Assembly (NCBI RefSeq): GCF_009834535.1
Contig: NC_045707.1
Span: 64,172,001 to 64,236,000, forward strand
From: Camelus ferus
Lineage: Eukaryota
Reading direction: 5' to 3'
DNA: 64,000 nt
In this document: one piece after another, positions 38,501 through 52,058 of the stretch
Layout of the letters: the number at the start of each line of letters is the position of its first letter
Position numbering within the stretch: position 1 is the stretch's first letter
The notes under the pieces: generated by a model
Databases searched by the model: none
Seen by the model: only the letters and a program-made list of their open reading frames with translations
What the model was told of the DNA's origin: nothing
Translations under genes and position numbers: made by a program

Positions 38501-41500
38501 CCATTATCTCTGTTTTTCTGATAATGAAGTCTTTCTGATGCTACGGGTTTCAGTGAGATATTTCTAACTTCCCTTAAAAGGCTTTGCTCTTCCCATCAGC
38601 ATCGTGGTGGGACCTACAGACTTTATATGAGATATCTTAAGGTGGAGTTGTCAAGAGCAACAGTTGTAAAGACCAATGATAACATCTCAGCCAACAGGTA
38701 GAGAATCAATACTTTTATCAAAAGTTAGAAAACAGGAGTCGTCTCTCAGGTTCAGGAACCACTCCTATCTCCACTCTCCTCTCTTCTCCCGAACCAGAGT
38801 TCGCGGTTGGAATTTTACAGTCCTTCATAGGAAATTTGCAATTTGTCACATTCCTAATGTTTACTTAAGCAAGTATTTTACGGTCCCACTGATGTGGTTT
38901 TCTTGTAGATATCCATGACTTTATGTTTTCAAATGCATTCTTTCTGGTGTAACTTGTGAGAAAACAAGCTTTTGCAAAGTAGAGCCAGATGTTGGAATAT
39001 CTCTAAGACATGCATATGGTTATTTAAGCTAAACACAGCAATTTCTTTTGTGAGAGAATTTGAGATATGCCACATACATATGCAGTGATTTCCATCTGTT
39101 AGAATTAGTAATTGAAGAAAAACATGGGAAAGTAAAAATCATTGCTAATCACTCATGCTAGAGTTTGATGCAAGTTAGTGTGATCTGGAGGTACAGTAGT
39201 TAATAGGTATATCATAGGTTCAAAGTAATCACGATGGTTGAAATTAGGAAAATAGGTGAAAATGGCCATTATCAAAAAGTCTACAAATAACATGCTGGAG
39301 AGGGTATGGAGGAAAGGGAACCCTCCTTCACTGTTGGTGGGAATGTAGTTTGGTGCAACCATTTATGGAAAACAGTATGAAGATTCCTTAAAACACTAAA
39401 AATAGACTCACCCTGTGATCCAGCAATCCCACTCCTGGGCATATAACTGGAGGAAACTAATTCAAAAGTATACAGCCACCCCAATGTTCATAGCAGCACT
39501 ATTTACAATAGCCAAGACATTGAAGTAACTTAAATTCCATTGACAGGTGACTAGATAAAGATGATAGAGACAGAGAACAGAGAATGGAAATTCAAAAATT
39601 CATACTCCTGAAGAAGAGAACAAAATAAATGGGACAAAAAATAATTAAATTAATATAAAAAATTCTCACATGTGACTATACAGTCTCCATTCTCTTAGCA
39701 CAATGCAATTAAACTAGACTTTTAAATAGATGTTTTATAAAAGAAGAAACTTGAAGATTAATTAACAACAACAGTGACAGCAGCAGCACTGACCTAAAAT
39801 GTCAGGGCTGTCAGGATCCTTGCTTCCAGTCGTGATGGCCTCCAGTGTTCTGGGGTCACTGTAAAAGCAAATCTTGTAGTTATCCAGGTTTTCTATCTGG
39901 AGTGGCACAGGAAGGCTTCCCTTAAGCTACTCTGAAGAGTGCTCATTTTGGACCAATAATGGTAGAGCCCACAAACCATGCCTCCTCCTAGCAGGGCACC
40001 ATGTGCCTTCCTCCATTTTCAACACTCCTCAAACACATTTTCATAAACGCCCAAATCAAAAGATAGAATTGAGAGGGAAGGAGTACGGAGGATTGGGGTA
40101 CACACCGTCAGAGAAGAGGCAAAGTCACCTTGTTCTTTACCATTTATCTTCGTCCTGGAGGGTGCTTCCCATTTTCTTCCTGGCATTTTATAGTTTTCAG
40201 CTTCTGCAACCTAAATGTCCATCGACAAGTGATTGGTTAAAGAAGTTGTGATCTATAAATGCACAATAGAATACTGCTCACCCAAAAAAGAATGAAATAG
40301 TGCCATTTGCAGCAACATGGATGGACATACGAGTGAAGTTAAGTCAGGGAAAGACAAGTACCAAATGGTGCCACTTATATGTGGAATCTAAAAAATGATA
40401 CAAATGAACTTATTTACAAAACAGAAATAGACTCACAGACATAGAGAACAAACTTATGGTTACCAGTGGGGAGGGATAACTTAGGAGTGTGGGATTAGCA
40501 GATACAAACTACTATATAGAAAATAGATAAACAACGAGGTCCTGCTGTATAGCACAGGGGACTATATTCAATATCTTGTATCTGAAAAAAACACATACAC
40601 ATGTGTATAACTGAATCACTATGCTATGCACCAGAAACTAACACAACATTATAAATCAATTATACTTCAATGAAAAAGCTCAATGTAGTTTCAGCTTCTG
40701 CCCTGTTCAGTCTGCTCGGGCTGCCATCGTGAAGTACCGTAGACTGGTTGGTTGAAACAACGGGAATTTATTTTCTCACAGTGCTGGGGGCTGGAAACCC
40801 AAGATCAAAGTGCCAGCCAGTTTGGCTCCTGGTGAGGGCTCTCATCCTTGGCTTGCAGACGGCTGCCTTCTTGCTGTGTCCTCTCGTGGCCCCTCCCCAA
40901 TGACTGCAAGTATGGAGAGACAGATCTCCCTTCCTCTTCTTATGAGGCCACCAGTCACATCATATTAGAACTCCATCTTTATGATCTCGTTTAACCTTAA
41001 TTACACCCTGAAAGTTCTATCTCAAATACAGTCGCATTGAGGATTTGGGCTTCAACAGATGAATTTAGGGGGCACATAATTTGGTCCATCGCAGACATCA
41101 GTTACCTAATTACTTAGACTGCTGGCTCAGACCAACAGCATCCTAGTTTCATAAAAAGAAAGATGTTCCATGAGAGCTGAGTGGCAACGGCAATGACTCT
41201 CTTCAAAGAGAACCAGAAATGGGTGAGGGGGGAGTAGGCCTGGGCAGTTCTGCAGGGTCCACTGCCGGCTGACCTGGGAGCCCAACATGTCAGCCCATTT
41301 CCTTTTACAACCTTATTATCAGGAAGTAGGGCAGAGAGAGACACATTGCGCAACTCACACTCCAAACTGTTTAAAACACTATAAAAAGATTCGCAACAAA
41401 CCCTTAGCCAACCTAGAGAAAGGGCTCCAGGAACCATTATGATGGTCAGTCTTGTAACAGTTGGGATAAAATAGGTTAGTATCAATCATGGCTCTCGAAT

Positions 41501-42544
41501 GGATTGTTCTTGATAGAAAATCAAGTACTTTTAATTAATTTAATGAGTCAATTAAGAAGCAGTCCTTAAAGTTTTCTCATTAATAGTTTCATAAGAAAAG
41601 TCAGATAAGGGTGACAATCGTAATAGCTATTCAGATAATTAATGTTATTTTCAGTTACAGCTAAAAGCCAGAGTGACTGTTAAGACAATGAATGTAAATC
41701 TACTTGTGAAAGGAGAAGAAAAAGAAAGGAAAAAATCTCAGTGAGCAAATCAGAATAACAAAACTCCAACTGCTGTAAAATTACTGAAAATCCCAGAGGG
41801 TCTCATTATCATTGGACATAAATTCTCGCAGGTTTATTTATTAACAAAGACCCACTGACATGAAGCGTGTATCTCCATCTGCAAATGAAATTAGGATTTA
41901 GAGGAAGGAGGAAAAGAGATGAGGGTCTTCAGGCTCTACAGCTGTTTTTTCAATGGTTTGTGTTTTATTGTATGCGTGTGTGAACACTTAGAAGATAATG
42001 AAATTATGTAGGTTATTTGGTGATTGGCTAAAAAGCTTTGGTTTTCCATTGCATCTGTCATCTTGTAGGAGTTGGAGAAAGCAGTGAGGGCGGGGCTGGG
42101 TTGGGAGTGGGGCTGGATTTACACCACGTGACTGTTGGTATCTTTCAGGGGTCCGGTTTCTTTATCTGAAATGAAGGGTTTGAACCTAGATGATGTGGGG
42201 CATCTTTAAGGCAGCCTAGATTCGCTGGTTATTCAGCTCCCTATTCCTCTCACAAAGCCCTTGACTCTTCTTCCACCATAGACCTAATGGAAACCATTAA
42301 GGGAAACTGTTATTTTGGGGTTTCAGGCATATGGCCCAACCATGAATGAAAGCAATGGTGCTACAAGGTCATGGGGTTTTGGAAGACTCGGACATTTCTC
42401 TGTCAGATCACCTTAAGGCCAGAATAGTCTAGAAGGGCCTCCAAGGCCTGCTGTGTCTGGTATGTTACCAAGTTTGTCGTCAACATCTCTAACAAATAAT
42501 AGATCTTTGATTTTTTTTTTTTGAGGCCACAACATCTATACCTT

Positions 42545-42580
<36 letters not shown>

Positions 42581-44637
42581 CCCTGAAAGACGAAGAGTTT
42601 TCTTTATATTAGAGTAAAGGGTGTTTCACATTTTACGTGTTGGCCTGGGTCCAAATTAAATAATCTGGTAAAGTCATTAAAGGAATTTAAGACTTTAAAT
42701 ACTGTTCCTCATTGTTCCTCTTCTCTGGGAGAACTTTACTACCTAAAAGAGCTAACTTTTACAAGAGTTTATTTGGGTACAAAAAGCATCGTAAACCCTT
42801 GCTGCTTAACTGCAAATTTTGTCAAGTGTTCTGCCGTTTTCTGTACATCCTAACTTCTTGTTTTCTTGAATTGTGAAGGAATGTTTGGTGATTAATTAGT
42901 TATTCCTTTCCTTTTTTTGGTCTAAGACAACTTCTCAGAGACAAACCCAGGGGCCTATGAAGGGTACTTTTGTCTTTAAACTGTTGTGACTTATCTTTTG
43001 TATTTTAAAATCCAGCAAAAACACAGGCAGAGTAAGAGTTAAAATAGGGAAAATCATCTTTTCTCTCCCCTCTTTTGTAGAGACGACTTCTTATCCTAGG
43101 CCTGTGAATGGCCTGTGGGTGGGAAACAGATGATTCTTGTCGAGTTTACCAATAGACCATTTTAGTCCTTCTCTGCACATGAATGTGCGTCATTTATGTC
43201 TTTTAGGTCGCAGTGGTATAACTAATGCCAAGCCATTGTAATCAGATGGCTAGGGGGTGTGGAATTAGAGCTGCAGTTTATCCCAGGTCCACTCCAGCAT
43301 TTTTTCTTTTTTCTTCAGCTGTGTGGTGTCGTCATCCTGGCAACGGCAATTTGGCTACGAGAAAGCAAAGATGGTCGAGAGGTAAATGAGTAAATACAAG
43401 TTTCTCTGCTCCCAAAGTAGTCTATGTCTCTTATAATGATGAAGTAATTAATGACAATAATAATAATATTTCTATAGCTGTTTCCTTAACTGCCTCATGT
43501 AATCATTTGTGCTGCTATGTGATTTTCTAATTTAATTCAATTTAAGTAATCAAAATTACTCATGATGTGCCTGGCATTGTGCTAGGCATCGATTGGTTCT
43601 TCTGGAAGATGGAGAAGGTGTCATTCTCAAAAACGGGAAGATTGCAGTGAAAATGGAGATGGGAAGGGGCCAAAGCAGAAATCAGCCTCCTTCGCTATTT
43701 GCCTAAGTGCAGCCTGAAGTGTGTCTAGATGCTATAGCCCACCTTGCCTCCCCACCGAGAGCAATTTTTGTAGTGCAAGGTATTGACAATAATTTGGCTG
43801 ATTCCCAAGGTGGGGTGGTGCTCCAGAAGGGAGAGAAGTGAGACGTTCTCTTAGAGAAGAATTTGAATCCGTGTTTAAAGGACAACAAGGGATGAAGATA
43901 GTTGGTAATTACTTGGGGTAACAAGTACTGAGGGTGACCCCTTGTAACAGTAGGAGGCTGGTGGTGTCACTCAGCAGTGGACCTGCGGTGTCCTGCTTTG
44001 TGCTGTCAAGGTCAGATGAGCACGAGCGCCTCTCCCCCAGTGCACACCGTTCCACGCGCGGCAAAGCTCTCACCCAGATTTCTGCAGGACTGGAGCAAGT
44101 TCAGCTTACCTACTTAGTTCTGGCTTCAGTCTTTGGATTCCACACACGCTGTTTCTGTTCGCAGTGTCACAAATGTGGAAAGAGCGTGTGGTGGGTGAAA
44201 GGGTGAGGGTGTGGGAGGGTTGTTCTGTTACTTTTACTCAGCCCGGTGCCTGGCACCATTTCCTGGCTCCCTTCTTGGGGCAGTGCTCCACCCCCCTCCC
44301 CCCAGGTTCTTATTTTTCCCTCACGCAGGGCAGTTACCTTGTTCTTTGGTGTCTGGGCTCTTGCCACTATTCAGATCCCACCTTCTATTGCTAGGGCTTT
44401 TTCAGGGTGTTTGCCCAAATAAGGTTTCCCTCTCAAAGAGGAATGTCAATTCCTATTTAATAATTATTAAGATACTATTAAACCAGAAATTAAGTTAATG
44501 CATTTTCTATTAAAACTTACTCTATGACGGCGCAGTTAAATGGCGCTGGACATAGCCTAGTTGAAACAATGACTAAAAACTAACTGACATCTGTTCTGGT
44601 TCCTTTCCTAAAATGGGTGGCTTTTCTGAACCTTCCT

Positions 44638-44670
<33 letters not shown>

Positions 44671-47600
44671 TCCTCCATCCTCCATCCTTCCTGCTTTGCT
44701 TCCCTCCTTCCTCCCTCTTTCCTCTCTTTCTTTTCCTTTTCTCTTCTCTTCTTTTAAACTTTGCTTTCTACTGTGGAAGAATCTAAGAGAATCACACTGG
44801 TGAATGAGCTGCTTCTTTGTGCTGAATGGGGGACGGATGTGGCAACTAGCTGGTAACAACCTAGTCCGTCAGGATTACATTTATTGTTTTATACTAATCA
44901 GTGTAACTTCTCGAAGTCCTCCAGCTCTGCAATTGAGCCTGAGTATTTGAAGATGTACAGAATCATTTAGAAGCTGACGTCTGACTTTGGGACTTATCAT
45001 TAAGCACAGAGATTAGCAGCCACTGATTTACAGGGTGTTTTGGCCTTTTTAAGATGTGTATGCACAGATGTCTGTGTTTTATTTTATTTTTTTATTTGAA
45101 AATTTTATTTCTGGTTGATAGGGGAACACTTTTTCTTTTCCCCTAGTGCTTCTGGTAAACAAATTTGGTGTTTGGTCTAAGAAATCACACAAATTGAACG
45201 TATTAAAGAACTGTTGTCCTTGAGAGGGTGTTACTCCAAATTCGGGGGCAAGAATGAATTAATAGAGCTAGACAGCATCTTTAGTTACATTGTGACTCTG
45301 GTGATCTGTCAGCCTCTAACCCTGAACAAAAGTTAACATCTGCCAGGACAACTTTAACCAGCTTGACTTACGTGAAATTGACTTGATTTATATTTAGTCG
45401 AAGTCAGTGACAAAGAATCAAGACTGTGCAGAGAACTGAGTTTTACTAGTAGAAAAACAGAGGGAGAAGTTTTAGGAGAAACCTGAGCACAAACACAGAA
45501 AAGAAGGCTGTCAGGGATGTCTTTGTGCACATCTTTTAGCAAAGCTCTTTGTGCAAAAGTGCCTCCTAGGGACGCCTCGTTCTCCCTCAGGATGAACGCG
45601 GCACCACGTGACACTAAGCACATGGGCAGCCATCCTGGGCCAGGCGATCCTTTAGAATCCAGAGGACCCTGAGCCCCCTTCCTCAGCTTCAGCCATTTCC
45701 CTTCCTGCAGAAATTCTCCCCTTGTCCTAAGACACACACAAGACAGCGTTCATCCAAGACAGCTTCTTAAACTCCGCTCTCTCCTGAAATAAACACCTGG
45801 ATTCAGATTTCCTCTTCTGTTCTGAGTGACAATAGCCACTTGTTGGGCTGGACTTGAAACAGTGATCCTCAGGTGGCCAACACACAGCTTTCTGGCCCCT
45901 CTGGCCGTGGGTCACTCTGCCCAGACCAGCCTCATAGAAGTGCTTCATTTTCTGCCTGCATATGCGGGCTGTATTACCCAGGTCTCAGCGGTAGATGCGT
46001 GACCTGCTATTTCTATATGGGGGCTGTCTAAGCAAAGTCCTGATAACTCAGCTAGTGAGTCATTAATAGTCTCGGATACTTTCGGGTTTTCCTACACTGG
46101 CTACCGTGTCCTAGTGAAGCAGCGTTTAACGGTGAATGGATGGAACGGATTTCCTATTGCTGCTTTTTTTGTCATTATCTATTTTGACTCAGATGCCCAG
46201 CCTATTTATCAACAAACCTGATTTCTTAGCTCCAATCTTATTAAGCAAACAAACAAACACCGAACAAGACCCCTGAAAAAACAGACAAAAAATCTTTAGG
46301 ACATGAGCAAGCCTTCTAAATATGTAGACTGAAGCATGATTTGTAAGCATGGACTCTTAGAGACAAGGGAAACCTTAGGTATAAGAGAGGCTGACCTCAT
46401 TTCCTGTATAAGTGGGAAACTGGAGCCCGGTAGGGTTCGTTAACAGTTCTCGGGTTAGAAACTTAGTTGTTTATAAAGACCCTGACTGGAATATAGATTT
46501 TGCTTTTTTAGTGCTCTTACAACTTCAGCATATTCCTTACTATTTACTGTCAAAAATAAAGGTTTCCTCCAGGCTAAGGGGTTGGTTTAAAAAGTCTTTT
46601 AAGAAGTAAAGAGCTTTAGTAGTAGGGTTTTTTGTTTGTTTGTTTGTTTGTTTGTTGTTTTATTTGGGTATTTCTTGTTCAAGGAGCTGACTGCACACTG
46701 CAGTTGATTCTTGCACTGAGTTAGTGTAAGAACTAGTGGTCTATCTGGTCTACCTAGAAATGGTCCAGTAGCTCGAGATCTTAAAGAGATAGATGGGCTA
46801 CATGTAGCTCTCATACATAACACAGGCCCTGGGTCTCACTTTGTAATTGTGATTTATTTCTGGACATATCTGGAGGGCAAGCAGTAGATTGAAGCTAGGT
46901 GTTATGAGAGTGATAAAGAGTACATGCTTGTGGGGGAGAAGGACTGAATTATTCAGAGTGAGTAGCCCAACCCATCATAAAGGGCCCTAGAATACTTTCC
47001 TCAATATCCCAGGCGAAATAGAGAATTTCTGGAAGACTCTACAGGCTATGCTTCCTGGGAACAAGGAGTTAGACTTGATATGGAATATCAGGAACTAGAC
47101 ATTTTATTTTCTGAGTTTAAATTTCTATTGTTTATTTTGGCAAATGTAATGACCTGTGTAATCACTATTGCAATCAAAGTGCAAAGCATTTTTGTTAACT
47201 CATGAAAGTTCTCTCATACCCCTTTGCAGTCATTTCCTTCTTTCCTTCCTACTCTGCTTAAAGTCCAAAACTACTCTGACTTCCATCACTGTAGCTTAAA
47301 TTTACCTATTCTTGAGGGCCATAGAAATGGAATCATACAGCGGCAATCACTCTTTTGAATATGGCTTATTTATCTCAACAAACTGTTTTCGAGATTCACT
47401 CATATTGTGGAGTCTATCAGTAGTTTGAGGAGCTTTGGCTTAAACCATTAAAACATGCTTTTTGATGCTACTCTTAGGTATAAAACCCAAAATATGCAAA
47501 CCGAAGATCATATCATGGGTGAAACTACAGGTCCCTCTAAGCTTTTTTTTTTTTAAATTGGTGTTTTAAAGTCCCATTGCATTTCTTCCACCCAACACCC

Positions 47601-50600
47601 AATGTATCATCTTAGAAAAATACAAAATTGGAAACACTATCTAGACAGCAATGGAATGAATGTAAGCTCCTTGAAAGCAGGAATTTTTGCTTATTTAGAT
47701 TACTGAGGTATCTCAAGGTCCTAGAGCAGGGCCTGGCACATAGTAGGTACTCAATGGTTATTTGTTGAATAACAAACATCAACAAAAGGGATTTTCTGTC
47801 ATTAATCTCTTTTTTATTTTCAGATTCTCAGTCCTGAGGGCTTAGGCACTAACCCCAATATTGCTGCAAATATCTTGATCGCTGTGGGTAGCATCATCAT
47901 GATGCTGGGTTTCCTGGGATGCTGTGGTGCCATGAAAGAAAACCGCTTCATACTTGTTTTGGTGAGTCTTCCCAACAAATCCCAGTACCCATCCTTCAGA
48001 CTTCTGAGGCTTATCTCCCATCCCCGTTGTCTATCTAAAAGACTTGCCAAGATTGATGAAACGCTCTTCCCTTTTGTTTAGAGGGTTGGTTGTGGAAGCT
48101 AATATATTTAGCTCAGATTAGAAGAAAAATTTTAGCCTTTCATTCATTCAATTACAGAGTAGCTGCTCCATGCCAGATACTGTAAGATACGTGGATACGA
48201 AGACAATTAGAATCCATAAGGGGAGACTGATGAGTAAACTATTAGCTGCAGTGGAAGTGGCCCCAGAAGAGAAGGTGAAGGGTAGAGGAGGGAACTTTCA
48301 AACTAGAAGCAGAAGTGAATAAGGTGTTTACTGGGGGGTGGGGGTGATGAGATTTCCAGGGAGAAAGCCTGGAGGTACAGTGTTTAGGGAACTGCAAGGC
48401 CTTGGATACGGCTGGAGGATGTCAGAGGTTTTTCAGTAAATGATGGAGGATGGGTCTGAGTGTGGACTACGGTCAAATCACAGTCCATGCTAGGAAAACT
48501 GTATGGGCACGAGGTAATCAGATCTGTCGCTTAGAAAACTTCATGGAGAATAGATTGGGTTAGGATCTCATCTAAATATGTTTCTCTAATAAAATGAGTA
48601 TTGTGTCAGCCCCAGAACAAATATATTTTAACTGATGGTTTGTTATGAGGGAAGGTAGAGACAGAAGTTTTTGTTTTGTTTTATTTTGTTTTTATGAAGG
48701 TACTGGGGATTGAACCTGAAACCATGTGCATGCTAAGAACACAGTCTACTGCTGGGCTGTACCTCCCCCCAGAGACAGAGTTTGAACAGAACTCTAATAG
48801 CACCCTGGTAGTTGCTTTTTGATTAATATGCCTCATTTGCAATTTGGAGAATTTAATTACATGAGGAGCTTCTTTTAAAAAATAATTTGTGGGATCCTCC
48901 AAATTTAGGATTCAGTAGATCTGGGGCAGATTTCAGGACTCGACATTTATAACAAGACCCCGGGTGATTCTGATAGTGGTAGAAATGTAGTTTTTGTTTC
49001 TTTTTAATTTTAATTTTTTACTGAAGTATAGTTGATTTACAACGTTTCAGGTGTACAGCAAAGTGATTGGGTTATGCATATATATTCTTTTCCAGATTCT
49101 TTTCCATTTATAGGTTATTCCAAGGTATTGAATATAGTTCCCTGTGCTACACAGTAAGTCCAGTAGAAATGTTCTGAAGTCAGTTCTGAAATTTGTTTTG
49201 AAGTTTGAGTTGTGTTTGATGAAGATAGAGGAAGATAATATTCAAATAACTTCATCTAAGTTTTCAAACTTCCCTCGATTCAATGTCATACCATTGCCTG
49301 TAATCCTATTAATCAATTTTGATGTAGACTATTTTCCTTGGTCAGCCTTTGGAGAATATGGCCCCAAATTTGATTCTTGAGGCCAAGGGTGAAATAAGTG
49401 AAGAGCATGGTTATTACTCCAAATAGAATATGATCCTGGATGCAGAAAGACGCACCGTCCCAAAATGTCCCCAGGTGTTCCTGAATGTACTGGGGATAAC
49501 ATATATATTACTTTTCTTTCTTTTTTTTTTTTTTTTTCCCAGTTTCTTATAGGATTGCTTCTGGTCCTACTGCTGCAGGTGTCGGCAGGTATCCTAGCAT
49601 TTACTCTCAAAACTAAGGTGTGTCCACATACGATACTTGGAAATTTTGGAAAACTTTAAAAAATTAACATGCCGCCTTCTGGCATGAATAATTTCACAAT
49701 GCTTTTCAATTTTCAGACTGACCATGTTCTGAATGACGGTTCCCATGCTAACATGTCTCTTTTGAGCTTAAAAAATGAAGATAGAAAAATGTTCCAGAAA
49801 GCCTTTTCTGAAATTCAAGAAAAGGTAATTAGAATTTGTAGGTTTGGGGGGAGTTGGACATAGTTATAGATTTACTTAATTTTTAATAGGTGTATTCCTT
49901 AAAGATTGAAAGATCACTCCCTTTTGCAGATTTTGGCTGATTTTTCTGTCACCACGCAATAAGAAAAATCCAGGAATGTTTCTAATTTTTCTCCAGCTTC
50001 TTACGAAGTTCTGAAACAGTTTAGAAGGACAGAGATGAAGAAGATATGTTTATGACAGATTAAGCCTTGACTGAGCCAAATCAATCATTGTTTTAATATT
50101 TACTGCTTAGAAGGACAGTGTGTTTGGGATGCTTGGAGAATCTCTCTTTTTCTGCCTCCCTGCCCTCCTTTCTCTTGTAAAAGATAATTATAGCTATCAT
50201 TTATTGCTACTTAGTATGTTCCAGGATTTACATTCAGTAGCTCCTTTAACTCTCACAACTCTGTAAGATGAATAATACCATTATCCTCACTATCTTGTTA
50301 GACAGATGAAAGGATTATGACTGAGAGAGATCTGACAGCTAACAAGTGATGGGGTTGGAATTTGAATGCAGATCTGTCTGACTCATTAATTCTTTTTAAT
50401 CAGTATGCTAGCCCCTCTCTTATGTTCTTACTTATTTACTTTGGCCACCTCACTGTCTTTAGGGTAAAAAGTCAAAATTTGGGCAGGTAATGAAGATATT
50501 CTACTATCTGGTTCCTGCCTAATAATTTAACATTACTAAACACTACCCCATGAAGAAAGCACTCCAGTCCAGCCAGGTCTGTGTGCTCAGGATCTCTTAC

Positions 50601-50804
50601 ACAGTTCTGCCTTCCTGCCTCTGCATGATTCCTCATCCTCGGAGTGGACTTTCTCCTTTTCTTTCTTTACAAATACTACATGTACTTTGAAGCTTGACTA
50701 AAATATTGGTCTGTCAAACTCCCAACCACACCTTTTTTTTGTTGTTTTATTTTCTTTTAATTTTTTGGGGGGAAGAGGTAATTATGTGTATGTGTATACA
50801 TATA

Positions 50805-50877
<73 letters not shown>

Positions 50878-52019
50878 TTTTAAATGGAGGTATTGGGGAT
50901 TGAACCCAGGACTTCATGCATGCTAAGCATGCACTCTACCACTGAGCTATTATACCCTGCCCCCTACAACCACATCTTCTTAACTCAGAATTCCCATCAT
51001 ATTAACTACAAGTAGCATTTCTTTTGCATATGTCATAGAAATTCTCAGAATGTTAGAGGAGAGCTGGATGTACAGAACATTTAACCTGACTTCTCATTAA
51101 TTGAAGTATTTTATATTTCTGTTCATCCACCCTCTAATTAAATACTGAAGAGCTGAAGGTTTCCCTTTTTTGCCCATCCCGTCCCCCTTACATCCAAGTC
51201 TAATGAGTAATATTTTCTTTCTTAATTTGAAACAAAATTCCTCCCTAGAATTCGTATCATTTAGTCCCAGTTCTTCCTTCTGGAGTTTCCGAGGAAAAAG
51301 AAAATCTACTTTTAAATATTGCAAATTTTTCTTTGAAAATGACTTCTCATATGACTTCTAAAAGATTTCATTTTCAAGTTGAAACATCCTTGGTTTTTTG
51401 AGCTCTTTATCAGGTTGAATTTTTTTTTTTTTCCAGAGCATTCCCCAGTTCCTATCTGGATAGACTCCAGCTTGTAAAAATTCTGCTTAAGGCATCATTT
51501 CCAGGAGCTGAAACCTGATATGGCAGTCCCTGTTTAACTTCCTCTGTTCTGTGCTTTTCCCAGCTCCCCCTGAACTGCTTTCCCCAATCCTCTCTCCTCC
51601 GGATCATTCCCACTCTAGAGTCCAGATTAACCCAGGTTTGAAGCAGGGAGAATTTAGGCAGCTCAGTTTCTCCGCTGGGTGGGGCTGAGTATCTTTCATC
51701 TTCCCTGTTTGTTGATCTAAGACAAAATGTACTACAGGTAACCCCCAGGTCTCTGGGTCAGGTAATGAGTCACTTGTGCACGTTGTCCCTGGTATCCAAG
51801 GTCTTAGTGACTACCAGGGGGCTGTTTATCAACTCTGTTCTGTTTATCATTATTTGTAATTACTTCTGTTCTTGTGCATAATTCCTGTACCTGAAGCTCC
51901 TTGTGTTTATAGAGCCATGATTCTCTCTTAATGTCTATTCTGAGTTGCTTTTTTTCAGCCTACCAGGGTTTTCTTTCCCTTTTTTTAAAAAACCTTTTTA
52001 AAAAGTTATTTTAGAAATT

Positions 52020-52058
<39 letters not shown>

